A DNA stretch of 64,000 nt, taken from the NCBI GenBank assembly GCA_052279835.1, contig CP181291.1:2112001-2176000 (forward strand), read 5' to 3'. The position numbers and the translations under genes are program-made. Position 1 is the stretch's first letter. Every line of letters begins with the position of its first letter. Shown piece after piece: positions 61,904 through 64,000 of the stretch. The DNA comes from Microcoleus sp. (GTDB lineage Bacteria > Cyanobacteriota > Cyanobacteriia > Cyanobacteriales > Microcoleaceae). Under the pieces are notes generated by a model. The model made no database searches. It was not told where the DNA came from and saw nothing but the letters and a program-made list of their open reading frames with translations.

Positions 61904-62794
61904 GTGACAATGATGGTGAATGCTGGTGTTCAATCTCAGGACGATCCAATTTTATTGGCTCATGCAGAAACAGATGCTTTTCTGCGGGAAGTTACTGAAA
62001 AAATAGATTTAGATACTTTCGATCCTGATGATGCGGAAAGTTTGCAGCGGTTGGTTGAATGTTTGGGAGATACGCGGGGGATGACTAGATTGCGTTTCGC
62101 GGAAACTTTGGCGGAAATTGGTGAAGCATCGACTCCTTTTTTGTTGGATGGTTTGGCAAATCATGCTAATCCGGTGGTGCGACGCGCGGCGGCTAAAACT
62201 TTGACTTTGATTGCTGATCCAACTGCGGTTCCTCATTTAATTCATGCTTTGTTGAATGATGAGGATACGGTGGTTAAGGGTTCATCCATTGGGGCGTTGG
62301 CGAGGATTGGGGAACCTTCTGTGCAGGCTTTGTTGGATATTTTAGCATCGAAGGATTTGCCGGAAAGTACGATCGGCCATGCGGCTTGGGCGTTGGCGTT
62401 TATTGGGGCGGAGGCGAAGGAGTATTTGTATCAAGCAATAGCTTCTGATTCGCCTGTAGTGCGCAGTGCGGTGGTAGGTGCGATCGCCAAAGTTGCACAG
62501 GAAGAGCCCAAAGCAGACTTATTTGAGATTTTGGTGAAGTCTCTAACGGATGTTGATGTGGATGTGCGTTGTGAGGCGGCGGCTGCTTTGGGAAATCTGG
62601 CTTATAAGCCCGCAATCCCCAACCTGCTTGAGTTGCTGCATCATGGCGATGGAGAAAGTCGCAGGGCGGCGGCTTTGTCTTTGATGAAAGTAGGCGATCG
62701 AAGTGCGATCGAACCACTACAATCTGCATTAGCGAAGGAATCGGAAGTGGCGATTCAAGGCGTAATTAAGTTGGCAATTTCTCAAATTAAGTAA
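61904..62794 (+). CDS. cpeF: HEAT-repeat bilin lyase, CpeF/MpeV-like
   Basis: LGDTRGMTRLRFAETL.EIGE, NPVVRRAAAKTLTLI, multiple HEAT repeats; cluster context. Confidence 0.65.
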   Translation: MTMMVNAGVQSQDDPILLAHAETDAFLREVTEKIDLDTFDPDDAESLQRLVECLGDTRGMTRLRFAETLAEIGEASTPFLLDGLANHANPVVRRAAAKTLTLIADPTAVPHLIHALLNDEDTVVKGSSIGALARIGEPSVQALLDILASKDLPESTIGHAAWALAFIGAEAKEYLYQAIASDSPVVRSAVVGAIAKVAQEEPKADLFEILVKSLTDVDVDVRCEAAAALGNLAYKPAIPNLLELLHHGDGESRRAAALSLMKVGDRSAIEPLQSALAKESEVAIQGVIKLAISQIK

Positions 62795-62802
62795 TTAAAA
62801 AC

Positions 62803-63279
62803 ATGACTAAATCGGGAACCGGGCGGATGCTGCTTTCTCATAATTTCGATCTGCCAGAGGGTGTTTTTCCGGCCTTAAGTCGGGAAGATTTGACTCTGGT
62901 ATTTGTTGAAGGTTTAAGTCAATATCCTGAGATTAACTGTCGTCAATTAAATCATGCTCATTGGATGGTAGAAGTTTTATTTTCTACTAATGATTTTGCT
63001 CCGCCTCAAGTTGGGGAATTTTGCGCTGAAGCTTTGGTGAATAAGCGAAAGAGTCAAGGGAAAGCCGATGATTCTTTTCCTGATGTTTTGATTTTAGCGG
63101 GATTGAAGAAGACTCCGCCATTGAGTAGCGATGCTGAGGCGCTGCAAACGGGAGAATGGGGGGTTGATGTGGTGGAAACTGCCTCGGCTGAGAGTTTCTT
63201 GATGGCGATGGGCTGGGAGGAGAAAACATCTGGGAAAAGTATTGAGGATGTTTTTAAGGTTGAAAGGAGAAAGGGGTAA
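62803..63279 (+). CDS. DUF2656 family protein
   Basis: GRMLLSHNF, HAHWMVE, LQTGEWGVDVVET. Confidence 0.7.
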   Translation: MTKSGTGRMLLSHNFDLPEGVFPALSREDLTLVFVEGLSQYPEINCRQLNHAHWMVEVLFSTNDFAPPQVGEFCAEALVNKRKSQGKADDSFPDVLILAGLKKTPPLSSDAEALQTGEWGVDVVETASAESFLMAMGWEEKTSGKSIEDVFKVERRKG

Positions 63280-63351
63280 AAGCTTAAAGGTTGTTTGAAA
63301 AGTAAAAACGAAGTCTCGAAGCGCTTATTTTGACGTTCACCAAACTATTAT

Positions 63352-63915
63352 CTATTTCTTTCCAATTAAAAGATTGAATTGAAGGTGATGCGGAGAACTG
63401 ATTTTTAGCATTTTTTCTGGACAATCATGCTCATCACTTATTCTCTCCCGTGTTGGTTTCTTATGAATATTAATATTTCTGATAGTGACGAATCGATAGA
63501 CATAAGCATCAAGGAATTCCTTTGCAGACCAAAATTCTTTGCCAATTTTCTGACAATACGCGACAAAACACTGTGCACCTTTAAGTTGCTGAATAATTTT
63601 CTGTTCTGGGCTTGTTGTACTTTTTGCCTTCATCTCAATACAGAGGATAACTTTTTTCTTACGAGTATCAGCAACGATCGCAAAATCTGCACGTTTGCAT
63701 TCACCTTTTGAACCACAAAATATTGCTTTAGGTGATGTAAAAGCATCTGCCTTGATGACAATAACTCTATCGTCATTGGGCATTCCATGAATTGTGACAG
63801 AACAATTGGGGAGATCGGGTTCTCGGAGTGTCACCTTCTTTTTACCGTAGCTATCTTCCAATGGAACTGTAGCACTTTCTTGAATCATCTCTTTGAGGAT
63901 AGCAATATCAGACAT
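63352..63915 (-). CDS. Hypothetical protein with a PD-(D/E)XK-like motif
   Basis: CKRADFAIV...ILCIEMK...IIQQLKGA; the ATG overlaps the upstream stop (TGATG). Confidence 0.65.
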   Translation of the reverse strand: MSDIAILKEMIQESATVPLEDSYGKKKVTLREPDLPNCSVTIHGMPNDDRVIVIKADAFTSPKAIFCGSKGECKRADFAIVADTRKKKVILCIEMKAKSTTSPEQKIIQQLKGAQCFVAYCQKIGKEFWSAKEFLDAYVYRFVTIRNINIHKKPTRERISDEHDCPEKMLKISSPHHLQFNLLIGKK

Positions 63916-64000
63916 CAATCCTCACCCCAGACAATCGCTTCCTGAATCCGGTTCATCGTTTCAATGGTTGTATCAAAACTGCGGGCTTCAATACCCATCT
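63915..64000 (-). CDS. C-terminal fragment of an upstream gene, probably an ABC/AAA-type ATPase
   Basis: Reads ...MGIEARSFDTTIETMNRIQEAIVWGED*; translationally coupled to the next gene; family call rests on recalled tail similarity only. Confidence 0.45.
   Translation of the reverse strand, partial: MGIEARSFDTTIETMNRIQEAIVWGED

Larger units (their letters stand above)
1..64000. repeat. HIP1 octamer GCGATCGC, highly iterated across the window
   Basis: Many occurrences in coding and intergenic DNA (e.g. near 892, 1973, 2575, 4705, 13708, 20824). Confidence 0.9.

Overview
Chromosomal segment from a filamentous, phycoerythrin-producing cyanobacterium. The Oscillatoriales (Microcoleus/Tychonema-like) assignment is inferred from abundant HIP1 GCGATCGC sites, heptamer tandem repeats and gene content. 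In order, the window holds: two AAA_35/STAND-like NTPase genes split by a Uma2 + 5-FCL cassette bounded by inverted repeats; a COP23 protein; HNH-nrnA-sixA-gltA; DUF29; argZ/agrE; a hybrid kinase; a GT2; argG; Fd-GOGAT (glsF); NAGPA-family, GUN4-domain and AstE/AspA-family genes; a tnpA-less IS200/IS605 tnpB element; helY; a GHL10 hydrolase; a five-gene kinase/receiver cluster ending in an adenylate cyclase; DUF1499; two PRC/DUF2382 genes; gpx; a phycoerythrin linker/lyase/PEB cluster (cpeS, cpeT, cpeC, cpeD, cpeR, aplA-like, pebA, pebB, cpeU, cpeF-like); and the end of a probable ATPase + nuclease-like pair. No rRNA, tRNA or CRISPR array was seen. Four genes carry single-base frameshifts that are probably assembly errors. 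The best leads are: the tnpB with a second right-end-like hairpin and a structured leader upstream; a dispersed C-run/G-run palindrome that has entered glsF and an NTPase gene in frame; the inverted-repeat-bounded cassette; a MITE with a target-site duplication just upstream of argG; and an unlisted 37-aa membrane microprotein. Family calls come from motif recognition, not database searches.
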